DNA from: Mesorhizobium sp.
GTDB taxonomy: Bacteria; Pseudomonadota; Alphaproteobacteria; Rhizobiales; Rhizobiaceae
NCBI GenBank assembly: GCA_049647505.1
Contig: JBARXU010000013.1
Span: forward strand, 92,091-156,090
Length of the DNA: 64,000 nt
Direction: 5' to 3'
The notes under the pieces were generated by a model. The model was not told the origin of the DNA. It saw nothing but the letters and a program-made list of their open reading frames with translations, and did not search any database. This document shows, in pieces, positions 53,829 to 64,000 of the stretch. The position numbers and the translations under genes are program-made. The first letter of the stretch is position 1, and the number at the start of each line of letters is the position of its first letter.

Positions 53829-56800
53829 CTACTCCGCCGCCGCCAGTTGCGTCGCCTTATGATCTCCGTTCATCCGCGCACGCAGCCGTCCGCGCTCATC
53901 GCGCGCCTTGACGGCGGCTTCCGCCTTCACATGGCCGTAGCCGCGAATGATCTCCGGCAGCGACGCGAGCGCCAGTGACGCCTCTATCGGCACGCTGGCC
54001 AGCCTGGTCTCGATCAGGTCCAGGTCTGTTCTGTAGTCTTCGAGCAGATCGCGCTCCATGCGCCTCTCGTGGCTATATCCGAACACGTCGAAAACGGTGC
54101 CGCGCAGGCCTTTGAGCGCGGCAAGCAGCCCGAACCCGCGCTGCATCCATGGGCCGAAGCTCGACTTCCTCGGCTTGCCGTCACTGCCCTTGCGACCAAA
54201 GATAGGCGGCGCAAGGTGAAACTCCAGCCGATCGAACGACTGGAACTGGGCCGCAAGCTGCCGCTGGAACGATCCGTCGGTGTAGAGCCGCGCCACTTCG
54301 TATTCGTCCTTTATCGCCATCAGCTTGAACAGATAGCGCGCGGCGGCCTGCGTCACCGCGGTCGAGCCTGCAAGGGCCTTGGCCTCGGCAGCCCTCATCC
54401 GCTCGATGCGCTCGACATAGCTTTGGGCATAGGCGTCGTTCTGGTAGGCGCGCAGGAAGTCCGCGCGTCTGGTGATCAGATCGTCCAGCGTATGGCTCGG
54501 CTGTTCCTGCTGCGGCCCCTGCGAGCCCGCCACGAGGGTCCGCACGGCTTCAGGCTCATGCGCTGCCCTGCGACCCCAGCGAAACGCCGAGACATTCATC
54601 GCGACCGCCTCGCCATTCAGCTCGATCGCCTTTTCCACCGCCTGCGCCGAGATCGGCAGGCCGCCATGCTGATAGGCGAAGCCGAGCATGAACATGTTTG
54701 CGCCGACCGAATTGCCGAAGAGCGTCGACGCGGTCTTCGTCGCATCGAAGAAATGCGCCCGTTCCTCGCCCACGGAGCTGCGGATCGCCCGCTTCAACCG
54801 CTCCGACGGCAGCGAGAAATCCGCCGACCTGGCGAAATTGCCGGGCATGACTTCGGCCGTGTTGGCTACGAAGACGGTGTGTCCGTCGCGCGCGGCGGCA
54901 AGCACCTTCTTCGAACCCGACACGACGAGATCGCAACCGAGGATAAGGTCGGCCTTGCCAGCGGAAATGCGGATGGCGCTGATGTCCTCCGGCGTCGGCG
55001 CAATGCGGATATGCGAGAACACCGCGCCGCCCTTCTGGGCAAGCCCGGCCATGTCGATCATGCCGCAGCCCTTGCCTTCGAGATGCGCGGCCATGCCGAG
55101 GATCGCGCCGATGGTGACGACGCCGGTTCCCCCGATGCCGTCGACGATGCAGGACCAGCCCTGCCGGTCGAGCGCAAACAGCGACGGCTCAGGCACGCCA
55201 TCGAGCGGCTCGGACGAACCGGCTATACCGGCCGACTTTTTCAGCTTCGCGCCATGCACCGTCACGAAGGACGGGCAGAATCCGTTGACGCAGGAAAAAT
55301 CCTTGTTGCACGACGACTGGTCGATGCGGCGCTTGCGGCCGAATTCGGTTTCCAGCGGCTGCACCGACACGCAGTTCGACTTGACGCCGCAGTCGCCGCA
55401 GCCTTCGCAAACCAGTTCGTTGATGATCACGCGGCGGTCGGGATCGGGGAACGTGCCGCGCTTGCGCCGCCTGCGCTTCTCCGCCGCACATGTCTGGTCG
55501 TAGAGCAAGACGGACACGCCCGGCACGTCGCGCAGCTCGCGCTGCACCAGATCGAGGTCGTCGCGGTGATGGATCGTGGCGCCCGGAGGAAATTCGGCCA
55601 CGCCTGCATATTTGTCCGGTTCGTCGGTGACGATCGCGATCCGCTCGACGCCTTCCGCCCTCACCTGTCGGGCGATCTGGTCGCATTTCAGCCCGCCCTC
55701 ATGCGGCTGGCCGCCGGTCATGGCGACCGCGTCATTGTAGAGGATCTTGTAGGTGACGTTGACATTCGACGCGAGCGCGAAGCGGATCGCGAGCGACCCC
55801 GAATGATTATACGTCCCGTCGCCGAGGTTCTGGAACATATGCCCGCGCTTGGAGAACGGCGCCTGGCCGATCCATTGCGCGCCCTCGCCGCCCATGGCGG
55901 TGAAGCCGACCGTCGAACGGTCCATCCAAAGCGACATGAAGTGGCAGCCGATGCCGCCACCGGCGAGCGAACCCTCCGGCACCTTGGTCGAGGAATTGTG
56001 CGGACAGCCCGAGCAGAAATAGGGCGTGCGCACTGCAACGTCCTTGGTGTCGGCCAGCATCGCCTGATATTGGCGCATCTGGCTGACACGGGCCGAAATC
56101 TCGTCCGAATGGCCGATGACCTTGAGGATGCGCTCGCCGATTGCGATCGCGATGTCGTTGGGATCGAGCGCGCCCTTGACCGGGAACAGCCAGTCGCCGC
56201 GCTCGTTCTTCTTGCCGACGACCACCGGCCGCATCGCGGTGCCGTAAAGCTCCTCGCGCACCTGCGTCTCGATCAGCGAGCGCTTCTCCTCCACGACGAT
56301 GATCATGTCGAGGCCGCGCGCGAAATCGCGAATATGCTCGAAATCGAGCGGCCAGGGCGCCGCCACCTTGAACAGCCGCAGGCCGATCTGGTTGGCGCGC
56401 CTCTCGTCGATACCGAGATCATCGAGCGCCTGCTTCACGTCGAGGAATGACTTGCCGACGGTTATGATGCCGACTTTCGCCTTTGACCCGCCATTGTAGA
56501 CGATACGGTTCAGCCCGTTGACGCGAATGAAGGCGGCTGCGGCGGCACGCTTGTATTCATGCAACCGCGCTTCCTGACCGATCTGGTCGAGTTCGTGCCG
56601 TATGTTCAGTCCGCCCGGCGGCATGTCCATTTCGGGCAGGACGATGTTCAACCTGTCCAGAGACACATCGACCGACGCCGTCGATTCGATGTTGTCCTTG
56701 ACGCATTTGATTGCCGTCCACGTGCCAGAGAACCGCGACATCGCATAGCCGTAGAGGCCGTAGTCGATCAGCTCCTGAACGCCGGCCGGGTTCAGGATCG

Positions 56801-57305
56801 GCATCATCGTGTCGACGAACAGAAACTCGGTGGCATGGGCGTTGGTGGAGGATTCCGCCGTATGGTCGTCGCCCATCAGCGCGAGCACACCGCCATGTTT
56901 TGACGTGCCGGCCATGTTGGCATGGCGGAACACGTCGCCCGACCGGTCCACGCCCGGCCCCTTGCCGTACCAGACCGAGAACACGCCGTCATGCTTGCCT
57001 TCGCCGAGCAGTTCCGTCTGCTGCGACCCCCAGCAGGCCGTCGCCGCCAGTTCCTCGTTCAGCCCCGGCTGGAAGACGATGTTCGCTTGTGCAAGCTCGG
57101 CCTTGGCCTTCCAGAGCTGCTGGTCGAGGCCGCCGAGAGGCGAGCCGCGATAACCGGTAATGAAACCTGCCGTATCGAGACCGGCGCGGCGATCCATCTC
57201 GCGCTGCATCAGCAACATGCGAGCGACAGCTTGCGCACCGGACAGGAAGATACGCTCTTTGGACAAGTCGAACTTGTCGCCCAGCGCCACATTGTGCAGG
57301 CTCAT
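53829..57305 (-). CDS. indolepyruvate ferredoxin oxidoreductase family protein (fused IorA/IorB-like 2-oxoacid:ferredoxin oxidoreductase)
   Basis: 1158 aa. A TPP-binding region (GDGTYNHSG), two 4Fe-4S Cys clusters (CEGCGDCGVKSNC...CNKDFSCVNGFC) and a C-terminal IorB-like domain. Confidence 0.85.
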   Translation of the reverse strand: MSLHNVALGDKFDLSKERIFLSGAQAVARMLLMQREMDRRAGLDTAGFITGYRGSPLGGLDQQLWKAKAELAQANIVFQPGLNEELAATACWGSQQTELLGEGKHDGVFSVWYGKGPGVDRSGDVFRHANMAGTSKHGGVLALMGDDHTAESSTNAHATEFLFVDTMMPILNPAGVQELIDYGLYGYAMSRFSGTWTAIKCVKDNIESTASVDVSLDRLNIVLPEMDMPPGGLNIRHELDQIGQEARLHEYKRAAAAAFIRVNGLNRIVYNGGSKAKVGIITVGKSFLDVKQALDDLGIDERRANQIGLRLFKVAAPWPLDFEHIRDFARGLDMIIVVEEKRSLIETQVREELYGTAMRPVVVGKKNERGDWLFPVKGALDPNDIAIAIGERILKVIGHSDEISARVSQMRQYQAMLADTKDVAVRTPYFCSGCPHNSSTKVPEGSLAGGGIGCHFMSLWMDRSTVGFTAMGGEGAQWIGQAPFSKRGHMFQNLGDGTYNHSGSLAIRFALASNVNVTYKILYNDAVAMTGGQPHEGGLKCDQIARQVRAEGVERIAIVTDEPDKYAGVAEFPPGATIHHRDDLDLVQRELRDVPGVSVLLYDQTCAAEKRRRRKRGTFPDPDRRVIINELVCEGCGDCGVKSNCVSVQPLETEFGRKRRIDQSSCNKDFSCVNGFCPSFVTVHGAKLKKSAGIAGSSEPLDGVPEPSLFALDRQGWSCIVDGIGGTGVVTIGAILGMAAHLEGKGCGMIDMAGLAQKGGAVFSHIRIAPTPEDISAIRISAGKADLILGCDLVVSGSKKVLAAARDGHTVFVANTAEVMPGNFARSADFSLPSERLKRAIRSSVGEERAHFFDATKTASTLFGNSVGANMFMLGFAYQHGGLPISAQAVEKAIELNGEAVAMNVSAFRWGRRAAHEPEAVRTLVAGSQGPQQEQPSHTLDDLITRRADFLRAYQNDAYAQSYVERIERMRAAEAKALAGSTAVTQAAARYLFKLMAIKDEYEVARLYTDGSFQRQLAAQFQSFDRLEFHLAPPIFGRKGSDGKPRKSSFGPWMQRGFGLLAALKGLRGTVFDVFGYSHERRMERDLLEDYRTDLDLIETRLASVPIEASLALASLPEIIRGYGHVKAEAAVKARDERGRLRARMNGDHKATQLAAAE

Positions 57306-57423
57306 GCACTTCCCCTTGCGGAGGCCAAATCGGCCAACGTGGAGGCAGTCTTTATCTCGCCAGCGCCAAGGTCAATTGAAATTCGTCTCCGCCCGCCGCT
57401 GGAGCAGGCGAAGACGCCTCATC

Positions 57424-57948
57424 CTACTCGGCTGCGATCGACAGCGCTTCCTGCCTGAGCGAGAGTTCCACAGGCGTCGGATTGCGCAATATGTCTAGCA
57501 CCGGGCAATGGGCATCGACGATCGCCTTCAGCCTGGCGATGTCAGCCTCGGGCGCGGGGCTGTCGATCGTCACCTCGCCCTTGATCCCGAGATATCCGGG
57601 CCGCACCGACTGATCGACATCGAAAAGGCCGCGCAGGTCGATGTCGCCTGAAAGCTTCACCGACACACTGTTGACCGGAACGCCGAGCGCGTCCGCATAG
57701 AGGCGATAGGTGATTTCCTGGCAGGAACCGAGCGCCGCCAGAATATACTCGACCGGGTTGGGCGCCGTATCCGTGCCGCCGAGCGCCGCCGGTTCGTCGA
57801 CCGGTATCTCGAACTGGCGCACCGACACGCGGCTGTCGACACCGTCTCCCAGCCGCGACTGCGACGAGAACGTCGCAACCGATTTGTCGGGCGCAGCTCC
57901 AAGCGCGCTCTGTGTCGTGTCGAATGCTTGCCTGAATTTGAAAGTCAT
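57424..57948 (-). CDS. OsmC family protein (peroxiredoxin-like)
   Basis: 174 aa. GGTDTAPNPVEYILAALGSCQ and AHCPV are the two conserved Cys contexts of OsmC/Ohr-fold proteins. Confidence 0.75.
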   Translation of the reverse strand: MTFKFRQAFDTTQSALGAAPDKSVATFSSQSRLGDGVDSRVSVRQFEIPVDEPAALGGTDTAPNPVEYILAALGSCQEITYRLYADALGVPVNSVSVKLSGDIDLRGLFDVDQSVRPGYLGIKGEVTIDSPAPEADIARLKAIVDAHCPVLDILRNPTPVELSLRQEALSIAAE

Positions 57949-58375
57949 GAAACCACCCTCTTCCTGTTGGCTTCACTTTCATCGAGTTGGCGAGCCGGCA
58001 TAAGGAATGGCGACCTAATTCGCGTCGCCTGCGGCAAAGGAAATTCTATCCGTTCCCGCTTCGCCCCAATGGCATTTCGCCTCCGCGTCAGGCGGCAATC
58101 AATGCGCCCGTCCGCCAAATCGCGAGACGCCGCGTCCGTCGCCAGGCTTGCGGCCGCCATGATCCGGACAGTCATATCGCAGGGGTATGCGAGCCGCTCG
58201 ACGACACCCACAGAAAGTAGTTTTACCGGCCTGTTGCGCCAACACCAAAGCTGTTAAGCACCATCTGGACGTGCGCGCTTCGGACCATGTTCGGCAATTG
58301 AGAACACGTGAATAAATACACTTTCCTCAGATCGCGAAGCGACGGCGAAAAGTGTGAAAATGGGAGGAATATCGG

Positions 58376-58960
58376 ATGGCGGGGCTCCTTTCGCTCTCGC
58401 GCCTCATCGACGATGTGAATGAAAGAATTGGCAAGTGGGTCTCCTGGTTGATCCTCCTGTCGATCCTTGTCAGTGCCGGCAACGCGGTCATCCGCAAAGC
58501 CTTCAACATGTCGTCGAATGCCTGGCTCGAACTGCAATGGTATCTTTATGGCGCCGCCTTTCTTCTGGCAGCCGCCTACACCCTCAAACAGAACGAACAT
58601 ATCCGCATCGATATCGTCTACGGTCTCTGGTCGCGGCGCGTCCAGCACTGGATCGACCTGCTCGGACACCTGCTCTTCCTGATGCCCTTCGCGATCCTCA
58701 TGGTCTTTTATCTCGGGCCTTGGTTCATGCTTTCCTATCGGAGTGGCGAAGGCTCGCCCAGCGCCGGCGGCCTGATCGTCTGGCCTGCCAAGCTGATGCT
58801 CCTGATCGGCTTCACGCTGCTCGCTTTTCAGGGCATTTCCGAAATCATCAAGAAGATCGCGATCATGCGCGGCGACATGGAAGACCCGAACCCCTTCGTT
58901 TCCGCTCACGCGGCCGCCGAGCTTGAAGGCCAGGCGCTTGTCGAGGAGCTCAAGAAATGA
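58376..58960 (+). CDS. TRAP transporter small permease (DctQ; COG4665-type)
   Basis: 194 aa with four TM segments. It overlaps the following dctM by 4 nt. Confidence 0.8.
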   Translation: MAGLLSLSRLIDDVNERIGKWVSWLILLSILVSAGNAVIRKAFNMSSNAWLELQWYLYGAAFLLAAAYTLKQNEHIRIDIVYGLWSRRVQHWIDLLGHLLFLMPFAILMVFYLGPWFMLSYRSGEGSPSAGGLIVWPAKLMLLIGFTLLAFQGISEIIKKIAIMRGDMEDPNPFVSAHAAAELEGQALVEELKK

Positions 58961-60729
58961 TGGAGTTCATCGCGGTGAACATGGCTCCGATCATGTTCAC
59001 CTCCCTCATATTCTTTCTTCTGGTCGGCTACCCGGTTGCGTTCGCGCTCGCGGCAAACGGCCTTCTCTTCTTCTTCATCGGCGTTGAACTCGCGCCGCTG
59101 TCCAACGGCACGATCAACCTGTCCTGGCCGCTGCTCTATGCGCTGCCCGAACGCTTCTACGGCGGGGTGATGGCCAACGAGACGCTGCTGGCGATCCCGT
59201 TCTTCACATTCATGGGCATCGTGCTGGAACGTTCCGGCATGGCCGAAGACCTGCTCGACACGATCGGCCAGCTCTTCGGTCCGATCCGCGGCGGTCTTGC
59301 CTATGCTGTCATCCTCGTCGGCGCGCTGCTTGCAGCCACCACCGGCGTCGTCGCGGCCTCGGTCATCGCCATGGGCCTCATCTCGCTGCCGATCATGCTT
59401 CGCTACGGTTACGACCGCAGGATAGCATCCGGCACGATTGCCGCATCGGGCACGCTGGCACAGATCATCCCGCCGTCGCTCGTCCTGATCGTCCTTGCCG
59501 ACCAGCTCGGCCGTTCGGTCGGCGACATGTATCGCGGCGCGTTGATCCCCGGCCTCGTGCTGACCGGGCTCTACATGCTCTACATCCTGATCATGACGAT
59601 CATCCGGCCGAAATCGATGCCGGCCCTGCCGCCCGAAGCCCGCACGCTGGGCCACGGCGTGACCTCGCTGATCGCGGCTCTGCTTGCCGTCTTCGTCATC
59701 GGCTACGCGGCACACGTCTATCTGTCTCCGACCCAGGGTGCCAATGCCGACATTCTGGGCGCCACGGTCGGCGTGATCTTCATCTACATCGTGGCCATCC
59801 TCGACAAGAGCATGGGCATCAACATGATGTCCCGCCTGGCACAGCAGGTCATCATCGTCCTCATCCCGCCTCTGGCGCTCGTTTTCCTCGTCCTCGGCAC
59901 GATCTTCCTCGGCATTGCGACGCCGACGGAAGGCGGCGCCATGGGCGCGGTCGGTGCCCTGGTCATGGCGGCCGCCAAGGGTCGCCTCAGCCTCGAGGTC
60001 ATCAAGCAGGCGCTCGCCGCGACCACGCGCCTGTCTGCATTCGTGATGTTCATCCTGATCGGCGCGCGCGTGTTCTCACTGACCTTCTACGGGGTCAACG
60101 GGCATATCTGGGTCGAGCATCTGCTGACGTCACTTCCCGGCGGCGAAGTCGGCTTCCTGATTGCCGTCAACGTGCTCGTGTTCATCCTGGCCTTCTTCCT
60201 CGACTTCTTCGAGCTGGCCTTCATCATCGTGCCGCTGCTGGTGCCTGCCGCAAATGCGCTGGGCATCGACCTGATCTGGTTTGGCGTGCTGCTCGGCGTG
60301 AACATGCAGACGAGCTTCCTGCACCCGCCCTTCGGCTTTGCGCTCTTCTACCTGCGTTCGGTGGCGGCGCGCGTGCCCTATCTCGACCGCATCACCGGCA
60401 AGAACATCGCGCCAGTGACCACGGGCCAGATCTATTGGGGCGCGGTACCCTATGTCTGCATCCAGCTGATCATGGTGGCGCTCGTCATCATGTTCCCGCA
60501 GATGGTCATGCACTACAAGGGCAGCGGACCGGTCGTCGATCCGAACACGATCAAGATCGAGGTGCCCGGCTTCGGACAGGGCGGCGGCGGCATGCCCTCG
60601 TTCGGCATCCCGTCTCTCGGCGGCCCGCCTTCTCTGGGCGCTCCTCCGTCAGGCGCCGAAACGACCCCGCCCCCTGCCACCCAGCCGGCGGCCCCCGCAA
60701 GCGACCTGTCACAACCGCCGAAATTCTAA
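58957..60729 (+). CDS. TRAP transporter large permease (DctM; COG4664-type) with Gly/Pro-rich C-terminal tail
   Basis: 590-aa polytopic DctM-like body. The last ~70 aa are ...GFGQGGGGMPSFGIPSLGGPPSLGAPPSGAETTPPPATQPAAPASDLSQPPKF. Confidence 0.85.
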   Translation: MMEFIAVNMAPIMFTSLIFFLLVGYPVAFALAANGLLFFFIGVELAPLSNGTINLSWPLLYALPERFYGGVMANETLLAIPFFTFMGIVLERSGMAEDLLDTIGQLFGPIRGGLAYAVILVGALLAATTGVVAASVIAMGLISLPIMLRYGYDRRIASGTIAASGTLAQIIPPSLVLIVLADQLGRSVGDMYRGALIPGLVLTGLYMLYILIMTIIRPKSMPALPPEARTLGHGVTSLIAALLAVFVIGYAAHVYLSPTQGANADILGATVGVIFIYIVAILDKSMGINMMSRLAQQVIIVLIPPLALVFLVLGTIFLGIATPTEGGAMGAVGALVMAAAKGRLSLEVIKQALAATTRLSAFVMFILIGARVFSLTFYGVNGHIWVEHLLTSLPGGEVGFLIAVNVLVFILAFFLDFFELAFIIVPLLVPAANALGIDLIWFGVLLGVNMQTSFLHPPFGFALFYLRSVAARVPYLDRITGKNIAPVTTGQIYWGAVPYVCIQLIMVALVIMFPQMVMHYKGSGPVVDPNTIKIEVPGFGQGGGGMPSFGIPSLGGPPSLGAPPSGAETTPPPATQPAAPASDLSQPPKF

Positions 60730-60750
60730 GGCGGAGATCCAGGACGACAA

Positions 60751-60785
60751 AGCCCCGGAGCGGCAACGCCCCGGGGTTTTCCTTT
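60751..60785 (+). terminator. rho-independent terminator after dctM
   Basis: CCCCGGAGCG-gcaa-CGCCCCGGGG (1 mismatch) followed by TTTTCCTTT. Confidence 0.65.
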
Positions 60786-60965
60786 GCTGACCCGTACCAT
60801 GAACAGGTGGTCAGCAGAGGCGACCTCCCGGCGGCGTGACCACGGTCAATTCCATGCCCGCCAGACCCATCTTCCGGCGCGGCCTGCTCCGCCCGCCCGC
60901 CTGCCCTACGTGGCCGGTCGGGAGGCTGGCAGCCGACAGCGCCCCTCACCGCCTCCCCGAGGCAC

Positions 60966-60998
60966 AAAGAAAAACCCCGGAGCGCTGCCGCTCCGGGG
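60966..60998 (-). terminator. rho-independent terminator after the minus-strand dctP
   Basis: CCCCGGAGCG-ctgc-CGCTCCGGGG, a perfect 10-bp stem. On the minus strand it is followed by TTTTTCTTT. Confidence 0.7.
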
Positions 60999-61023
60999 TT
61001 CGATTGTGGGCGAGCCTGCGAGC

Positions 61024-62346
<1,323 letters not shown>

Positions 62347-62380
62347 CTACATCCTGGGCACCTCTGATCAGGAACCGACC

Positions 62381-63157
62381 ATGGTTGCCCAACCGCTCAT
62401 TGCCGTATCGACAGACGTTCGCCAGTTCGAGAATTACACTTGGCATGCCGCTCCGCGCCAATATCTCGATGCCGCGATCTCGGTTGCCGGCGTACTGCCG
62501 GTGCTCGTTCCTTCCTTTGGCGACCGGCTCGATTTCGACGAGCTTCTGTCGAGCGTCGACGGCGTCCTCCTGACCGGGTCCAAGTCGAACGTCTACCCTG
62601 CCCTGTATGGGGGCCAGCCGACCGAGGAGAACGGTCCTTACGACCGCGACCGCGACGCAACCACCTTTCCGCTGATCCGCAAGGCGATCGAGCGCGGCGT
62701 GCCGCTGCTCGCGATCTGCCGCGGCATTCAGGAGCTGAACGTAGCACTCGGCGGCACGCTGTTCACGGAGGTGCAGGACATTGCGGGCCGCATCGATCAC
62801 CGCGCACCCGTCAGCGACAATCAGGACGAGCGTTTCGCCATTCGTCAGCCCGTCCGCATCGAACCGGGCACTTGCCTGGCGTCGATATTCGGCGCGGGCG
62901 AGATCCCGGTGAATTCCGTCCACCGTCAGGCCGTCGATCAATTGGGCCAGCGTCTCGTCGTTGAAGCGGTCGCGGAAGACGGCACCGTGGAAGCCGTGTC
63001 GGTCAAGGATGCGCAGGCGTTCGCCGTCGGCGTCCAGTGGCACCCGGAATATTGGGCACAGACCGATGACGTCTCAGCGCGCATTTTCCGTGCGTTCGGC
63101 GACGCCGCGCGGGCTCACCGGTCCGCACGCCTCAACCTGCGCGACGCAGCCGAATGA
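62381..63157 (+). CDS. gamma-glutamyl-gamma-aminobutyrate hydrolase family protein (PuuD-like; class I glutamine amidotransferase / peptidase C26)
   Basis: 258 aa. LTGSKSNVYPALYG, the nucleophile context LLAICRGIQELNVALGGTL, and VQWHPE near the C-terminus. Start trimmed to ATG 62381. Confidence 0.75.
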   Translation: MVAQPLIAVSTDVRQFENYTWHAAPRQYLDAAISVAGVLPVLVPSFGDRLDFDELLSSVDGVLLTGSKSNVYPALYGGQPTEENGPYDRDRDATTFPLIRKAIERGVPLLAICRGIQELNVALGGTLFTEVQDIAGRIDHRAPVSDNQDERFAIRQPVRIEPGTCLASIFGAGEIPVNSVHRQAVDQLGQRLVVEAVAEDGTVEAVSVKDAQAFAVGVQWHPEYWAQTDDVSARIFRAFGDAARAHRSARLNLRDAAE

Positions 63158-63167
63158 GCGCTCTGCG

Positions 63168-63566
63168 CTAACGAATTTCGCGAAGGAACGCTGGCGGCAC
63201 GCCCTGCTGGAAGGTTTCCAGCCCCTCGCCATCGGTCGGCGCAAATTCGACCAGCGCATCTCCATTGCCGTTTGCAAGGACGACGAGGCCGTCTGACCCG
63301 GCCATCCATCGTGTAGCGTCGGCAAGCGCCGGCAGCGCATCGGAACAGGCTTTTTCAACGGTAAGCGCAGCGTTGCCGGTGACATCGGCGGGACCATGCC
63401 TCAGTTCGCAATCTGCACTGGCAGACTGAAGCACGAAGGTGCGCTCTGTCGACGTGCCGCCGCTCTCGTCGAGCATGTAATTGGATTGCGGCGCCTGATT
63501 GGCCGCCAGACCACCGAAGGCCGCCGCGACGACCCCTGCCAGAAGCAATTCACGCATGTCACGCAT
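63168..63566 (-). CDS. small secreted hypothetical protein, possibly Inh/Omp19-type protease-inhibitor fold
   Basis: 132 aa with a signal-like N-terminus (LLLAGVVAAAFGGLAANQA) and two Cys (CELRHG...VEKAC). The C-terminal W-x6-GLVVLANGNGDALVEF pattern is reminiscent of Inh/AprI-family proteins. The family call is tentative. Confidence 0.45.
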   Translation of the reverse strand: MRDMRELLLAGVVAAAFGGLAANQAPQSNYMLDESGGTSTERTFVLQSASADCELRHGPADVTGNAALTVEKACSDALPALADATRWMAGSDGLVVLANGNGDALVEFAPTDGEGLETFQQGVPPAFLREIR

Positions 63567-63644
63567 ACTCCACCGAAACAGGTGGACATCGTGGCTTCCC
63601 AGTCGTTTATGCGGCGTTAACCCTAAGCATAAATTTGAAGCGCC

Positions 63645-64000
63645 TTACTTGACGCTCGCCGTTTCCGGAACCGGCGTCAGCGGCACCCTGCGCTGGAACC
63701 ACGAAATCAGGTTATCGACGCACAGATCGGCCATTGCGCGGCGCGTCGGCGCCGAAGCCGAGCCGACATGCGGCAACAGGCAGGTATTGGGCGCATCGAG
63801 TATCGGCCGCCTCACATCAGGCTCGCGGTCGAACACATCGAGGCCGGCCGCCGCAATCGTGCCACTGGTCAGGGCGGCGGCCAGCGCATCCTCGTCAACC
63901 GTGCTGCCCCGGCCGATGTTTATAAAAACGCCGTTTGGCCCGAGTGCCTCAAGAACCTCACGCCCGACCATCTTGTCGGTAGACGCCCCGCCGGGCGCAA
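63645..64000 (-). CDS. D-isomer-specific 2-hydroxyacid dehydrogenase (GyaR/glyoxylate-hydroxypyruvate reductase-like), C-terminal part; N-terminus beyond the right edge
   Basis: FINIGRGSTVDEDALAAALTSGTIAAAGLDVFDREP...LLPHVGSAS is the catalytic Arg/Glu/His region of the family. The reading frame stays open to position 64000. Confidence 0.75.
   Translation of the reverse strand, partial: APGGASTDKMVGREVLEALGPNGVFINIGRGSTVDEDALAAALTSGTIAAAGLDVFDREPDVRRPILDAPNTCLLPHVGSASAPTRRAMADLCVDNLISWFQRRVPLTPVPETASVK

Noticed and set aside
57945-58257. Short ORFs (77-109 aa) in the long gap upstream of the second TRAP operon, as candidate small proteins.
   Set aside because: They have no Shine-Dalgarno sequence and an Arg/Ala-rich composition, and they overlap each other in different frames. 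The region is treated as non-coding leader (see the finding for 57949-58375).

Overview
This is a high-GC chromosomal segment that looks alphaproteobacterial, most likely Rhizobiales. I base that on RIME-like intergenic repeats, a split pntAA/pntAB/pntB, soxBDAG, and many TRAP and Liv-type transporters. It is densely packed with about 55 protein genes, almost all metabolic or transport.

Left to right, the window contains:
- a glutamine-synthetase-like gene (partial), TRAP dctPMQ, an N-formylglutamate-amidohydrolase-family gene and a divergent RpiR regulator
- RND efflux pair 1
- a roughly 14-kb acyl-CoA catabolic block: a Liv-type importer, an acyl-CoA synthetase, two MDR reductases, an acyl-CoA dehydrogenase and TetR, divergent from SDR-MaoC-phosphotransferase-SDR
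- a degenerate GGDEF protein
- sarcosine oxidase soxBDAG
- an EptA/MCR-family phosphoethanolamine transferase
- rpsU and a TPR lipoprotein
- RND efflux pair 2
- pntAA-pntAB-pntB preceded by a small cytochrome oxidase subunit-IV-family gene
- a second, paralogous Liv-type importer with an acyl-CoA synthetase and an embedded 45-aa DUF3096 gene
- a Crp-family regulator, a FeeM/OlsB-like N-acyl synthase and a GGDEF-EAL membrane protein
- a fused indolepyruvate:ferredoxin-oxidoreductase-family protein and OsmC
- a second TRAP system and a PuuD-like amidohydrolase
- a small secreted protein and a partial 2-hydroxyacid dehydrogenase

I found no rRNA, tRNA, CRISPR array, transposase, integrase, phage gene or recognisable defence system. 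Most long ORFs in the track that lie antisense to these genes are GC-driven shadow ORFs.

Nothing here is a clear-cut new system. The three leads I rate highest are:
1. The TetR-controlled divergon that pairs an APH-type phosphotransferase with an ACAD10/11/LvaC-style acyl-CoA dehydrogenase and has its own importer. It may be a 4-hydroxy/4-oxo-acid pathway.
2. The co-oriented GGDEF-EAL, N-acyl amino acid synthase-like and Crp trio, with a perfect 18-bp palindrome in its AT-rich internal gap.
3. Two 97%-identical RIME-like elements in inverted orientation that bracket the 15-kb catabolic block.

All functional calls rest on my own reading of the translated sequences and remembered family motifs. 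No database search was run.
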